Shown here: piece after piece, positions 13,320 to 26,489 of the stretch
Layout of the letters: each line of letters begins with the position of its first letter
Numbering within the stretch: the first letter of the stretch is position 1
Assembly (NCBI GenBank): GCA_001949185.1
Contig: BDGG01000001.1
Location: 7,266,149-7,330,148, forward strand
From: Ramazzottius varieornatus
Taxonomy: Eukaryota > Animalia > Tardigrada
Direction of reading: 5' to 3'
DNA: 64,000 nt
The notes under the pieces: generated by a model
Databases searched by the model: none
Seen by the model: the letters and a program-made list of their open reading frames with translations, nothing else
Told to the model about the DNA's origin: nothing
Program-made: the position numbers and the translations under genes

Positions 13320-14328
13320 ATGTCGAAGCGTCGGACGCCTGTGCTTGCTGACGGGGCAGAGAACTCCACATTATCATCTTCCCCGACACCACCTGCTGAA
13401 AAATCTCCCTCGACGCCAGCAAGATTCGCATCGCTCGCAGACAAAGACTACAGGTTATCCAAATTTCTCGCAATATGTGGAAGTCATAGCCAGCGGCTTC
13501 CTTTTCACCTGTCAGTCCTACGGTACGTTTGCAAGCTCCTTGAATATTCCGGGCACGGCGTTCCTTGGTTTATCCTCGCTATTGCCAAAGTGTCAGTCGC
13601 GATTCGTCCCGACCACATTGAATTCTGGTCTAACATGATCCTGGGTAAGCATTGCACGCATAACTTACATGCGCGTAGCGACAGAAATTGTTCCGCAATG
13701 AATATTGGTTTTCATTCGGGAGCTCGGCAAACAGACTCGACAAGGAAGTTTTCCTAAGCGGCGCATGTTTTCAGTGATGTTGGCCGAAAGCGTACGTCAC
13801 TTGGAAAACGACCTGGTCGAGTTCGTTTGCCGAGCTCCCATTTATCGTTTCCGTTGCATAATAATTGTTCACAGCGCTCAGCTTGGAGCTTTGGACCGTC
13901 GCCATAATCAAAGCCATCATTCGCCGACCACGTCCCGTCTACTCTCCGCAAGTTGGGACTCTTCCCTACAATCCGGATAAATATTCCTTCCCGTCGGGAC
14001 ATTCAAGTCGCGCCGTGATGGAAGCCGTTTTGTGGTGCAGTGCGGGCTTCACAGGTCTCACGAGCAAAGTAAGACTGAGCTCGCCAAAAAGTTATCCTTC
14101 AGAATTCCCGTATTCGCAAGATGTTCTGTTTCTTAGTTCCTCATGGTTCTGTGGGGCGCGTCCGTCTGCCTGTCGAGAATAATCCTTGGAAGGCACTACT
14201 TTTCGGACGTCTGCGCTGGAACAGTACTGGGGATCTTTTTAGGTTGGGTGCAACTGAATATCGTATGGATGGATCTTCCGTTGTGTCGTTGGCTTCTGTC
14301 CCCAATACACAACACAATATCCATGTGA
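13320..14328 (+). CDS. PLPP6: PAP2-family lipid phosphatase, PLPP6/presqualene diphosphate phosphatase-like
   Basis: LEYSGHGVPW plus the three PAP2 motifs KAIIRRPRP, SFPSGH and SRIILGRHYFSDV, spread over 3 exons. Confidence 0.88.
13718..13839. repeat. Longest copy of the family-A foldback element, in a PLPP6 intron
   Basis: GGGAGCTCGGCAAACAGACTCGAC...AAGCGGCGCAT-N25-GTACGTCACTTGG...GTCGAGTTCGTTTGCCGAGCTCCC: imperfect ~49-bp arms around a 25-nt loop. Confidence 0.85.
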
Positions 14329-14774
14329 AGGAGCACAGCTTTTCGTGAAGGATATTCAGTTGGGCGGATTTTTTTCGTGTTTATTTGGTGTCTGTGATGA
14401 ATTTTCATCTTTTTTATGACCGAAGTGCCAAATTACATTTCAGAACGCGTTTCGACTTTCTTCCGCACGCGTGCTGGACCATAGTACATAATCGAGTGTT
14501 TCTTCTGAATCAATGTGAGCTAAGCAAAGGTTGTTTGTTTTATGTGCAGGTTTTGAAGAAATTGGTAACATCAAAAAAGCCACATAAAGGTACAGGATAA
14601 TGATCAAGAGTGGACACTGTAAGTAGGGCTAACGACGACATCTTCTAAGTACACAGAAGACTTCCCTGATCATGCTGAAATGACCAAGGGTGCGAAGAAA
14701 ATTCGAATCATGACAATTTACCTAAAGAAGAGCAGTTATCCCCAAAAATACGCCAACTAAAACAGCGAGGACTT

Positions 14775-15924
14775 CTAAGACATGGCCACATCTCCACTCC
14801 TATCAGTAGACTTTCCGTCTTGTCCTTGCCGATATTCATCCAGCTGCAAGAAAGTAAACCATGAGAATAATCCAGAAAAACCTACCGAACAAAAGAGCGA
14901 AGTACAAAGTTAATATAAAATGGGAGCCCAACAAACAAACTCGACAAGATCGTTTTCCCAAGTGACGCACGTTCTCGGTGAAATTGGCTGTGCGCGTGCG
15001 CCACTGCGAAAAATGACCTTGTCGAGTTTAGCAAAAGGACGTTTGAAGGTCAAAAAATACTTACATCACGGTCGAGATCTTGTTGGTTCAAGTCCTGGTT
15101 CCGCGAAGAGCCACGGTTGTTACGACCACCGCGACGATTTCCTCGTGAATTTCCTCGAGCTTGGTAAGTATTACTGTGAAACACAACAATCACCAGCAAC
15201 TCGAACAAAACTTTTAAAAGATGTTTTGGAAAACTTACTATCGTCCTCGGTAGCGGCCACCATAGCCATGGAATGCGAAAGGCTGATAATACGTCGAGGA
15301 GGAGTAATTGCCGAAACCTCCTCGCGGTCTGGAATATCCATAGTACGAATACGGAGCGGTGTAGCCCCTGTTTGCGCCCGAGTAGTTGTTGTAGTAGCTG
15401 TTGCTCACACCTCGACTTGAGCTTCCTCTGTCTGAAGAGCAACGAATAGAGCAGAATGATCTGATGAACAAGAAAATATTCGAAATTGAATTCTGGGTAT
15501 TTACAGTAATTTTGGTAACCATTTTGGTACCGTCCTCTGGAGCGTCCCGCAGCGACTTGTCCATTCTGATACGAAGCCTGATCAGTCCTCCACGGGTTGT
15601 AGGGTTGTCCAAGGCGCTTAAGGACATGTGGACGATTGTACTCGTCAAAGCCAACCTCGTCTTCCGCATCGAGGCCATTGTAACGTCGCGGACCAAGACG
15701 ATCTTGCAGACCATTCCGTCCTGCACGAACGCGCTGTGTATACCTGGCTTCTGCTTCAGCTTCTGCGTCGTCGTAGGTGAAGTTGAATCTACAAAGGAGG
15801 AAAATTCGAGACGGGTAAAGCTGACGAAAGTAAAACAATCTTACCGATCGCTCAAATGTTTGCCTGTACCACCAACCAGCACCACTTGATCTGGAATGGT
15901 CACGTTCGCTCCTAACGAAGACAT
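14775..15924 (-). CDS. CHTOP: Chromatin target of PRMT1 (CHTOP/Fop)-like protein, 5 exons
   Basis: N-terminus PDQVVLVGGTGKHLSDR|FNF resembles the CHTOP KVVL..T...SLNERF motif. The middle is RG/RGG-rich. The C-terminal QQDLDRD|LDEY is the Fop/UAP56-binding motif. Confidence 0.8.
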
Positions 15925-16420
15925 GGTCCACCACCGCAAACTTCAGAAAGTAGGTTTCAGTGCTCCCACCTGCTCATTCGACTGTGTAAAAAAATATTCG
16001 TCAGTGAAGGAAAAGAGAAACAGCCATTCTAGTCGGAGATATCTTCTGTTTCGATCTCGAACTATCAGCCATACCTTCTTCAAAGTCGTTATTATCCTCA
16101 CTCCGCGCTTCCTGAAATTGTCGTCGTGCCAAGGGCTGAACCCGAGCACCACATCCGGTCGGCGCAAGACTCGAAGAATCCCTCGTCAAAAATGGAGCAA
16201 TAAGAATTATACCCAAGGGGACTCTGAATTGCAAACTCATCTGAGGAAGCTCGAGCTCCAGACAGCACGATCCTTTTTTAGGATGATTCCCCAACTTTTT
16301 TCTGGTTTTTCCGATTTTTTTAGTTTTTGCTGAATCATGACTTTGTGTCTGATCAATCAAATTCGTACGAATCGACTGGCGAAAACAGCTAGCTGATTAA
16401 CAAAGAACTGATTACTCTCA

Positions 16421-18752
16421 GGAGGGGATTGGCACTGTCCTCCCGTCTTGATTCAGAAACTGAGACGGTAGAAAGGTAGAAGAGAGTTTCCTCCATCAAC
16501 TAAGACAGGCGGAATCGGCGGAAGAAAGTCCTAGAAGACACAGCAGCAAGCGGAATTCACGTAAGAATCTGGGCGGTACACGGCTGGTTTATCAGACCGG
16601 TTCGATCTGTAACAAAATTTAAGACAAAAGTATCAAGGAAGATAAGTTTTACAGAAGCGATATCTTTCGTAAAAGTTGATGGAAGCACAAAGGAGCCTTA
16701 CACCAACCGCATTTGAGAAGCAGAGAGCGCTTACGATTATCACGATCACAATGGCCAGTAAGTCCGTCAAAACAGTATTCGGTAGGGTTCAGATACGTGA
16801 AGGACTTGTCATTGCATCCTGATAAGGGCCAAGCATCAGGTTCTCGAACCTGGGAGAAGTAAACTGTGGGTAGATCAAAGAGTGAAGCTGAAGAATTACG
16901 TCTCGGTGGTGGAATTGAACCGGCTGATCATTCATAAATATCCAGTTGGAAATCTTTCGCTAGTATCCCTTGTACCTGCGGAAACAGAGAACATCGAGTG
17001 GCTGGATTTGACCGGTTACTTTGGGCGGAATTTTTATCTTCACGTACTCGAGCTCTCCGGGTCCACAGCGTCTTGATCAGCAAACGTCGGCGAAAAATCG
17101 GCTAGAAATATACAGTGATATTCATATGCGGGAAGAAAACTTTCTCGCACCATTCGATGAACAGTTGCTTAGTCATCTTGCCGGAAGTCAAAGCGGTGGC
17201 ATGCAGATTGCTAGCCTTAAACATGGTTCGTTTCACGATCGGCCCAAAGACACCCTTGTCTTCTTACAGCGTGAGGAAAAGAACTGGGAGAAACTTTCGA
17301 GTACCTGGAGACACGCACATCATTACCGTATAGCTGTGGATCATCGAGTTCTCTGACGGGGTGAGTACCAAAACATGCGTTGTGCCGACAAAATCCAGAG
17401 TTCGACCTGGACGAATCTCATATTCGAAGGCTGATTGGTCTGCGTTCCATAGATAGTCCATTCGATAGGCTTGAATGCGTGATCTAACTAGAGCAACACA
17501 TTCATCCGCACTTTTCTTCCTTTCCGGTTCTTCTTTGAGGTACTTTTCAGTCACGAACTTCGTGATGTTCCTTTTGGAAATGCCATAGTGTCTGCAAGAG
17601 AGAACAACAGGATGATACTTCGCTTGATAGTGTCCGTACTTGTTTCTCGACTTACACATACCGTTTGAATTTCGCAACTCACCGAGACGAAGCCGTAAAG
17701 CCAACCAGACCGATTTCTCGGTTTGCTGAGTTTGTTCATCGCTGGATTTCCATGTCTTTTATGACAGGAGGTTACTGCTTAGCGATTAAGAACTGTTTTC
17801 CCGTTTCCAAACGTATCGCTTTCAGCTTGTCGATTCGTGAGCCTCCTTCGGCTAACTGTCGCTTCCATTCGGTCAGCTGACGTATACTGGTGACCTTAAA
17901 TTTCGTCTGGACGCTGGACAGACTGCAACGCTTCTTGTAGTCAACGTCGGCTGCTTGGTCAAATGGAACACTGGGATCTGTCATTCTAGGAAAGAAAAGC
18001 TCGTGCGACGAGGACTCAGTTTCGTTGGATGGAGGTTTATAGTTCGTAGTTCGTAAGGCGGTCGTCTGCGGTAGCCTTGAAATCATCTCCGGTATGACCA
18101 TTCAACAGGTTGGTTTCAGCAATGGACTTTTCCGACTCATCGAATGTCGGCAAGTTATTCGGCCCCTCGTATTGCAAGTCCTCCTCGGTAATCAACACTG
18201 GACAGCCGCCCTGGCTGATATGAGTGTCCAGAAATCCTAAAAGAACAAAATCAGCCCGTATATTCCACAGTGGGAACATCACCAGTAATAATTAGTACCT
18301 TTGATGAGCGTCTTCAACAACTAATCTGCTGCACTTGAAGTGTCGCTTGACCGGTAGTGCTGTTCGTATTCTGTATCCAGAAGCTTGAGGATGTTCATAA
18401 GATTGACGGAATCCATATCGACACTTGCTCGGGTTAAGAAGGAGCAGAAGATGGAAGAATTTCTACGGTATACGTCAGCAAGCGCACCGTTTCGGTGAAC
18501 ACCAGCTGATTTCACGCGATACAGTGCAGTTTAATCAATCAAAACGCCAATCATCCATCAGGTAGTTAAACTTCCTGTTCAACGGAACAGCCATGTACCG
18601 CCCAGATTCTGACGTAAATTCCGCTTGCTGCTGTGTCTTCTAGGATTTTCTTCCGCCGATCCCGCCTGCCTTAGTTGATGGAGGAAACTCTCTTCTACCT
18701 TCCTACCGTCTCAGTTTCTGAATCAAGACGGGAGGACACTGCTAATCCCCCG
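16421..18752 (-). mobile_element. Defective Tc5/pogo-like DDE transposon with ~165-bp TIRs
   Basis: TIRs 16424-16586 and 18589-18750 are near-identical inverted copies. TCA flanks both ends (TNA-type duplication). Disrupted transposase remnants include YLWNADQSAFEYEIRPGRTL and HSYTVMMCVS. Confidence 0.85.
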
Positions 18753-18818
18753 TCATCACCCTGCCGGTCGGACAATGGTACGACCGACAGGGTATGGCGT
18801 AACTCGTGCTGCCTGCTG

Positions 18819-20013
18819 TAATGATGGGCATTACACGCAGACGATCCGTGTTATGTAAAGTGCAAAGTAGAATAGTGTAATTGTAGAAGTAATTGTAATT
18901 ACATCTTACACTAGTTTACGTTTTACAGATAGAGCGGTTTGTAACGCCTAATGCCCCATTCGTGCTTACGCGTCGACGACAGAAGTCAAAGGCGAGAAGT
19001 CTGCAATCAAGTAATGCGGTTGCCAACGGTTCGCAAATTTCTGACGCAGGCATGATGTTACAACTTTTTCGCCAAGTTTGGACTCTGCACCTTTCCGTAA
19101 AACTGCCTGTCGTTCATACTCCGATGCGGCAGAAACGGAATGTCAGGTCAGGTCATGTCATATGGTGTGGCGTCATGTCACAGACCACAACCTGTCGGAA
19201 GTAGCCGACTGCCTTTGCTCTTTCAAGATTCCTTTCATGTTTTCTTCCTTTTGTCCGAGCCTTCTGATCCTTAGATTCAAGTTCGAAAATGTTGACCGAA
19301 GCTCAAATCATTCGCACTGGAATGAAGTACTGGATGCATCGACGTTGGAAACTTCTGAGACTGGCCGAGACATATACTTCGATTGATTCTATGCAACAGA
19401 TCCTGGGTGAGTACAGAAGGGCTTGTATTATAGGAAGACAGCAAACGCGCCAAAGTGAAAATTCGCCAGAAAAACATTTTCCGCAGGCTGCTCAACGTGA
19501 TTCCCGTAGGTTGCGAAATACGGCGCTAAACGAGAAAGTTAAGCGAAAAACTCAGCAGAAAAAGCTAAGTATTGGGCCGTTCGTACTCAAAAACTCTTGT
19601 TGCAGCCGCAGAACTTTCGCTGCTGGAAGTTGGAATGATGACGTCATCAGAAAAACGTTTTTACTGCCGTTTTTCGCCGACGCGTAAGCACGAATGTGGC
19701 ATAAAAGTGACAAGGAGCGACGACAATAATGAACCAGCTATATCTATGTTTGCATGGAATATAGATCTTAGTAAATTGTCTTCCAGATAAAGATGTAAAT
19801 ACGGTTGCAGAATGACCATACTCAGCAAGTTTCTGACATTATTCCGCGTAAGTCAGCCGAATTTTAGATTTCTGGCGGCAAAATACTCAGAAATACCGTA
19901 GATTCTGGCAGGTAAAAATTGAAAGTATATTTTACATTCACATTACAACTTCCTCTTGGTTGTAATGTCGTGTAAAAGTGTAATTGTAATGTAAAATGTA
20001 ATGCTCATCATTA
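18819..20013. mobile_element. Non-autonomous hAT-type element
   Basis: TIRs TAATGATGGGCATTACA / TGTAATGCTCATCATTA, a perfect 8-bp TSD GCCTGCTG (18811-18818 and 20014-20021), and TGTAA subterminal repeats. Confidence 0.92.
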
Positions 20014-20111
20014 GCCTGCTGCGCGATCCGGCAGCCACGCGGCTGGGTAACTAGGTAGGAAGGAGGATGATCACGCAATGTTGAAATCGTGAGGGTGAAT
20101 GGGAAGTTTTG

Positions 20112-20295
20112 TTGACCACCAGCGGTTGACCATTGGTCTTGGTAGATTGACAAAAATTGGCTAGCCGTTGGTCTTGCTGTCTTGACCACTAGTGGTTGAC
20201 CATTGGTCTTTCTAGGTTGAGTACTAGGGGTCGACCATTGGTTTTGCTATGTTTGACCACCGATGCCAGCCATTGGCATTGATATTGACCGCCCA
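20112..20295. repeat. 35-bp degenerate minisatellite, 5-6 units
   Basis: Units start with TTGA at 20112, 20147, 20182, 20217, 20253 and 20285. Consensus is approximately TTGACCACTAGTGGTTGACCATTGGTCTTGCTAG. Confidence 0.8.
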
Positions 20296-20379
20296 ATGGC
20301 AGCTGGTTTATTGGCCCGTCCTTTCTGACTGTTGGTCAATGGGCGTGGTAACCGGTCTGGGCTTTTTATTACGTCAGAT

Positions 20380-20463
20380 GTGAATGAACCTTGGTTCCCA
20401 TCCTTTTATATTTCCGCCATAGTATTCGGCTTGCCATAGTTTCACCAATTTAAGGGCTTTAAA
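20380..20463. repeat. Left copy of an ~85-bp direct repeat
   Basis: GTGAATGAACCTTGGTTCCCATCCTTT...CCGCCATAG...GGCTTGCCATAGTTT...AGGGCTTTA; matches 26969-27053. Confidence 0.9.
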
Positions 20464-20994
20464 TCGTCCGGAGTGCCCGAATCGTGCCTTATCAGTCACT
20501 ACGAGAGCTCCATGTGTGTGCGGGGGTGGTGATGTAGTTTTTCTGACGGAGAACGTTTTTTGTTACGTTGTGTCATGAGAAAGAGTGGTTCAGCGAAACG
20601 ATGGACGTCTCAGCCTGAAGGAGTGATATGGTACATCATAAAGTCGAGAAATCAATTGAAAGTCGTGGTTGGATTTTTGGGTCAGTGAAACTTTCTGGAT
20701 TTCCTGCGGGTGGTTCTGGAAGGTGATCTGCTTTGATCGCTTCGGTCGTCTCAGTCACTCGGGCTGATACGGTGTTTTGTGTCATTGTTTTTTGAATAAA
20801 ATTCGATGCTGTGTCTGATCTTATTTATTATTCTATTTTTCGTAATCCGAAAAGGGATGGAATGAGTATTTCGCGGTTTCTAGAAGTAATTTCGGTATGT
20901 AATTTCGCATTTTGGTGTGATGTAGAGACAAAACAAGACAGTCTGCTACGTTTTTGTTGGTTTTTTGACCTGATGGTGTAGCTGTAGTGTTTGA

Positions 20995-23900
20995 CAGTCG
21001 TGCGGAGTTTTCGGAAACCAAGCTCAGAGTTCCGCTGAGAGTTTTTGCCTCCCGGCCCGCTCAGTTGACCGCTCAGTCAACTTTCCAGCTGGCATTTTTC
21101 CGCTCAGTCAAGTTCAGTTTGACAAAGCCGCACAATAATCATTTAACTTTCGCGATTTATTCATCAAGGGATAGGATACGTCGACCGAGAAGTGCGGTAA
21201 AGGAGATCAGAATTAACATTACAAAACAATAGCATTTCAAAATTCAGAGCACTGGTTGAGAGTCTACGATCACGTAAAATCTGACCGGAAATACTCAAAA
21301 TTCTTTCAATACCGGCAGTTGTCGCAGTAGCGCATAAAACTTGTTTAGCGATAACTGTAAGTCGCTTGAACATATCTTGATTATCTTCCTTGGCGTAGAA
21401 TTCAAGAGGATTAATCTCATCCCATCTGGAATCCAGATACAGCTGAAACTCAGTTTCGACACTGACTGCCGAAATAGTGTCTCTTTGCGAGGAAACTGAG
21501 GAACGAGGTTCTTTGTCGATGAAGCTAAAGAGCTTCGAACGCTTCACTTTGGATTCTTCGCTTCGGGATTCTGGTGGTGGTCTTGTTAGCTCGACACGTC
21601 GCATCATTTCCAGCACGATGGCTTGTGTTCTGCTCTTCACGGCTTCCGGATTTTCTGCTCCATGAGTAAAACTAAATTTAATAGCCGGGTCCAGAAACGC
21701 TGCTGCCAAAAAAAAGTCGTCGTTCTCAAGCGACGAAAATCTAACATTCAGCTGTTTCAAAAGTTCCTCCGCGTAGCCGTGAAGAGTTAAGAACTGATCA
21801 CCATCGAGGATTCCCTGAAGGAAGATGCGAAGGTTGTATATCAACGGAAGAACTTGGCAAATAGCAGGCACTCCGTTTTGCTGCAGTGTTTCAAAGGATT
21901 CTTGAAAAGGTCTTTTCATTTCAACGAAGTCCTCCAGAATATTTTGGTGCTCGCGACTCAGCCTGTGTTTGGGATCGAGGCCAGCTGCCGTCCAGTCTAA
22001 CTTTATGGCTCGGTCAGCCATGATGAAGTTGCTGTTCCATCGAGTGGCGCAACGTGCTTTCAGTGCCATTCCCAGCTCCTTTTCCACATATTCAGTGCCT
22101 TGAGTTGACTTTTTCAGCTTTGCCACAACCGACGCGAACCTTTCAACTGAGTTGTTTAGCATCTTGCAGTTTTCAACAGGTGTCTTCAGGCAGAGCTGCA
22201 GTGTGTGAGCAACACACCTTACCTAAAACATGGACTCCATATTACAAAAATATATTTGCCGTGAATGTAGAGATACGGATTAAAATGCAACAAATTGAAT
22301 TAATTTTAGAAAGATCAGCCCGAACTACCAAGATTTTTCGGTCTGGCATCAGTTCGTATCAACTTCTCGGCCACTTCTTCTGCCACCGGACTGCTCGTGT
22401 CGAGGTCTTCGGCATCTATCGGCTCCAGTTCAAGCTCCTCGTCACTGTAAATGACCCGATGAAAGACATCTTCCATATCGGTATCTGCAAACACGACAAA
22501 AAAATCACTAGATATAACATCGAACTAAAGTGAATTTATTCTGTAAAATCAACAGCTCTTATTATTTACAGAGAATGCAGTTAAACAGTTTCTTGATTAG
22601 AGTTTGACGACTTACCAAGTTTGTTTGGATCATGGAGGTCGATAAATCCAGGAAACCAATCTTTGAAAGCATTGACAATGTTTGCTCCGTTGTCTGTTCC
22701 AATGTAGCAAACCTTGTTTTTAATTTCAAACTTCGTTAACACCTCCACAGTCAAATCCAATATTTGATCGGCGCTGTAAATTCCACTGAATCTCGGGCAG
22801 GCTAAAAGGACACGTTGGAGCTTGAAATTTTCGTCGATATAATGCGCACTAACTCCGAGGTATCCTCTCTGACGCTTGCTGCTCCAGATATCGCAATTGA
22901 TTGCAATGGCAGTGGCACTCTTCAGAAGGTTCAGTACTTCCGTTTCTAAGTTCTTGTAGGCGCCTGGTGATGGTGTCGCTTTTAGGCCACTAAATAAAAG
23001 TAGTTTATTTGATTATCAGCACAAGTGGAACGTATGTGATAATGAAGTAATGATTTCCAATTTTATCTTGTTGAAAAATACCTTTAGAGCGGAATCCGCT
23101 CCTTTTATCGCTCGGTCAAATGAACAGTGTCCGAGAATGTCAGGGCAAATTAGAGTCTCCACTTGAATCCGAGCTACATTCAGGTCGAGTAAACGTTGCT
23201 TCGGATGATTCCTTGGGTAGGCTGGCTTCTTCGGTTCTAGAAGTCCATCGATTTTCGTTTCTGTCGAGGAATCCTCTTTCTTTGGTCGTTCTGCGATAAA
23301 AGTTACAAAATCCTGCAAAAGAAACGTTCAACCATCAAAGTTGAGATTGGAGCAGTCTGATAAATTTAAATTTCAATAAAGAGATTATGAGAAATCAATC
23401 AACGTATTATAAACATACTGCTTCTTTGTAATGTTCATTAATCACATGATTTTTGAAGTTGCTGTAGCCCTCTTGACTGCATACAACTTTCTCCTTCCGA
23501 CACAGTTTGCAGCGCCCTTTATGTAGAAAAATCTTACGACCGGTCTTTGAGGATAAACGGCCGTGAAGAACTCCTTAGCCACTTTCGCATCTGCAAGCTT
23601 GTTCAGCTCCTTGGCGGTCATTTTCTTCGTGGACTCCACTTCGATTTCTGGAGAATCATCACTGTCGATCACCACCACCGCTTCGCCAGGCATGTCCGTA
23701 TTCCGTGAGGAGCACTAGACTGAAAGGAAGAGTAACACAACCACCAAGAAGGCAAAACAGCTGCTGCGGAAAGCTAATTGTAGGGGAAAAGTGGAAAACC
23801 AAGAACTGTTTAACTATCAGTAGAGCCCGAACTGTGATCAGGCAATCAGCATGGCAGAAGGGCCTACCAATCATAGAACGCTTAGTCACCCCTTATGTGA

Positions 23901-24179
23901 CATTAATCGTTTTGAATGCATAGTATCTAGTATCTACTCACTACCTAGGGACAAAACACGCACAGGGTGAACCTAGTATTGAACGTATTTTTACGGCGTC
24001 ACGGCGCTTTCCAGTTCCGCTACAGACAGTTTCCCGCTCCGCTACGCTAAGACTGATGCCCGCTCAGTTACAGTTCCGCTGGGGCCTTCCCAGTTAGAGC
24101 TCCGCTCAGTTAAAATAACTGAGCGGAGCGGGAAAACTGAGCGGGTGTCCCGCTGGCCAAAAAAAAGTCCGCAGCTCTG
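20995..24179 (-). mobile_element. Full-length hAT transposon with an intron-containing, frameshifted transposase
   Basis: Perfect 8-bp TSD GTGTTTGA (20987-20994 and 24180-24187); imperfect TIRs CAGTCGTGCGGAGTTTT / CAGAGCTGCGGACTTTT; CCGCTCAGT subterminal repeats. Transposase motifs: BED finger CKLC...HVINEH, CDIWSS, TDNGAN, CVAH, TRWNS, AAFLDP, TTAGIERILS. Confidence 0.95.
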
Positions 24180-25058
24180 GTGTTTGACCCGACGCTATAG
24201 CTGTAGTGATACTGTTTTACTGGTTTTCCTTGTTATTTTCAATAGAAATTTGTTGTTTTGAATTGTAGTTCAGTGGCAAGCAGTGAGGATGATAAGTGCT
24301 CCGTTTATATTGTTAGCCTAAGTATTAGAGCGTGGTAGTTCAGGTTGGGAAATGGTGCTTTTTGGTGTTTTGATTATGGATTTGCTGAAATGTGCGTCCA
24401 CTCTAAATTGAATTTGATTCTCCTGGTAGTAACTCTAGATATTGCCTTCGCTCTGAATTTATGCATGGAATAGTGTAATAAAAAGTGCGGGTATAATGGC
24501 GTTTTTTAATTGTGTAAATTGTGAATTTAACTCGTTTGTGGACGTAGCGTTATTGCCTGCAGTACAGCGCTGTTTGTAGATCGAGCCATTTTCCCTACGC
24601 ACATTCTGTTGATTTTATGTGATATACGGGGATCCTGTAGGCTGTATATTTCGTTCGGTTTCCTATGCATCCTCTAGAATAATCAAGGCGGATAAGTTGT
24701 TTAGGGTACATGAACAGAATGCTTCGCAGGATTTACATGTATTAAGGGTGAATCGAAAATTAAAGGTTCAGAAATACAGAATTTCCATGAAAATTGGATA
24801 TGTGTAAAAATTTAGTGCATACCGAATGCTAGTGACGTCAGTTATTCTAACGATAAAGTGTGTCGGAAGAACATGGAAGGTCCAGATTGAATTCAGAAAT
24901 CTAACGCTACGATCTTATTCGGTTCCATTTTCTTTGAGACTGGGAATATCGAATGGGTTTACTGCTGTCAACTAATCTGTTTCTTCGGAGTATTCGGGCC
25001 GTGTTGGTGGCTCGATAATTTTTAAAGTCACTGTTTGAACTTCAATCTTTGTAGTGGA

Positions 25059-25820
25059 TTAATTTCCATCAAACTTCACTTCAACCCAATTAGGTAAAGG
25101 AGCAACTAGATAAGCCAGTCCCTCCCCTTTCGTGCTAGCGCGCGTACATTTTTTTAAATCAGGAGAAACCTCTGCCTGTCCTATTTCATCGTTCCACCAC
25201 CACATCTCTTCGAAACTCCCCAGGGCTCCATTCACCGAACCGACGTTTGTATCCAAATTCTGAATCAACATAACTCTATTACCCTTTGTCATAAAGATTC
25301 CATCAGCCAAGCCTCCTCTCTCTTCCTTGTTCCTCCTTTTTCTACTCTCACTGACCCTCTGTCCCTTTTTCTTCCCGCGAATCATAACCAAATCATTCAC
25401 GCTATCCTCTGCTCTAAACTCATAAATTGGATGTTTCCGCTCCGTAGCCAGTTCCCCGCTTGACTGAAAATTATGTTCCCGTGCTTCAACACGAGTACTA
25501 AATTAATGTGGCATATCGGCAAATTCCTTTTCGTACACCTCTTGAATTTCTCGGAATCCTCCCGGATTAACTGCACTCGACAGACATCGACCACGGAAGT
25601 GCGAATCGACTTCGTCATTCAGTTCACCGGTTCTTGAACCCTGTAACAATCGAGAAAACAAGGGACCAGCCGTCTGTCGCTTGTTCGATTTGAATATAAC
25701 AGGAGTGAATAAGTTCCACGAGCTGGCGCGATTTCGCGGTTCTTGAAATATATACTTATCTGCAACCAGCTTGAGCTGTAGCAAATCACCGAGTAAAAGA
25801 ACACACTTACTACCACAATA
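25059..25820 (-). pseudogene. PIF1-family (SF1B) helicase remnant
   Basis: VLLLGDLLQLKLV (motif III), NKRQ (motif IV) and RVMLIQNLDTNVGSVNGALG. The frame is broken, and Walker A/B and motifs V-VI are not visible. Confidence 0.8.
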
Positions 25821-26489
25821 CGCTGCGCTGTGCTGCACAACGTTCATGCCCAGTGGCTAAGCAGCTGTGCTGCAGATGCACGTGGACCTGGTGCAACTGC
25901 GCGGAACGCCGATGTATTAACGTGGTTTGTAATTCAGTCAGCGGAATCGGTAGTCAACTTGGAGAACGTTGCCCAAAAGTACGGCAAAGCTGAGACGCCC
26001 AAAAACTGTAATTTTTGTTAGGTTTCGGTAGGTGCATCTGCGCGGTAGTCTATGGCTTTCTGCTGTATGCTGTGCTGTGCCGCAAATTTCGTCACTTCAA
26101 GCGCCACAGTTGTGCTGCAGCACAGCACAGTTCAGCTGCAGTGCAGTGAAGCGCATGCGGCCAGATTCCGTGCTCTAACACACGCTTCTTATAATCCTGC
26201 CCAAAAGAATCACATAACACTTCGTCTTCTAACACCCATCTTGATACTTTCCACGATGTCTTCATTCTTACCAGAACTTACGTCGGCCAGCCAAGTGTCG
26301 CTATTCCTTACGGGAAATTCAGCAGCATCTGTCATCGCATAACAAATCTCTCACTCTTCTACCAAAATAACCCTATCGCTTTCTTGACCCTTTCTTGAGT
26401 GAACCATCTTGCTGTGTCCACCCTTCAAGGGTTCAGTTTTCTTGCTGTCTCCACCCTTTAAGGGACACAACCCATCACACTCCAGCGGA

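Noticed and set aside
4312-16360. Many antisense and alternative-frame ORFs in the ORF track
   Set aside because: They are shadows of real exons on the opposite strand or in another frame.
22043-22052. GTGGCGCA motif inside the hAT ORF
   Set aside because: It is explained by the coding sequence CATRW and has no partner arm.
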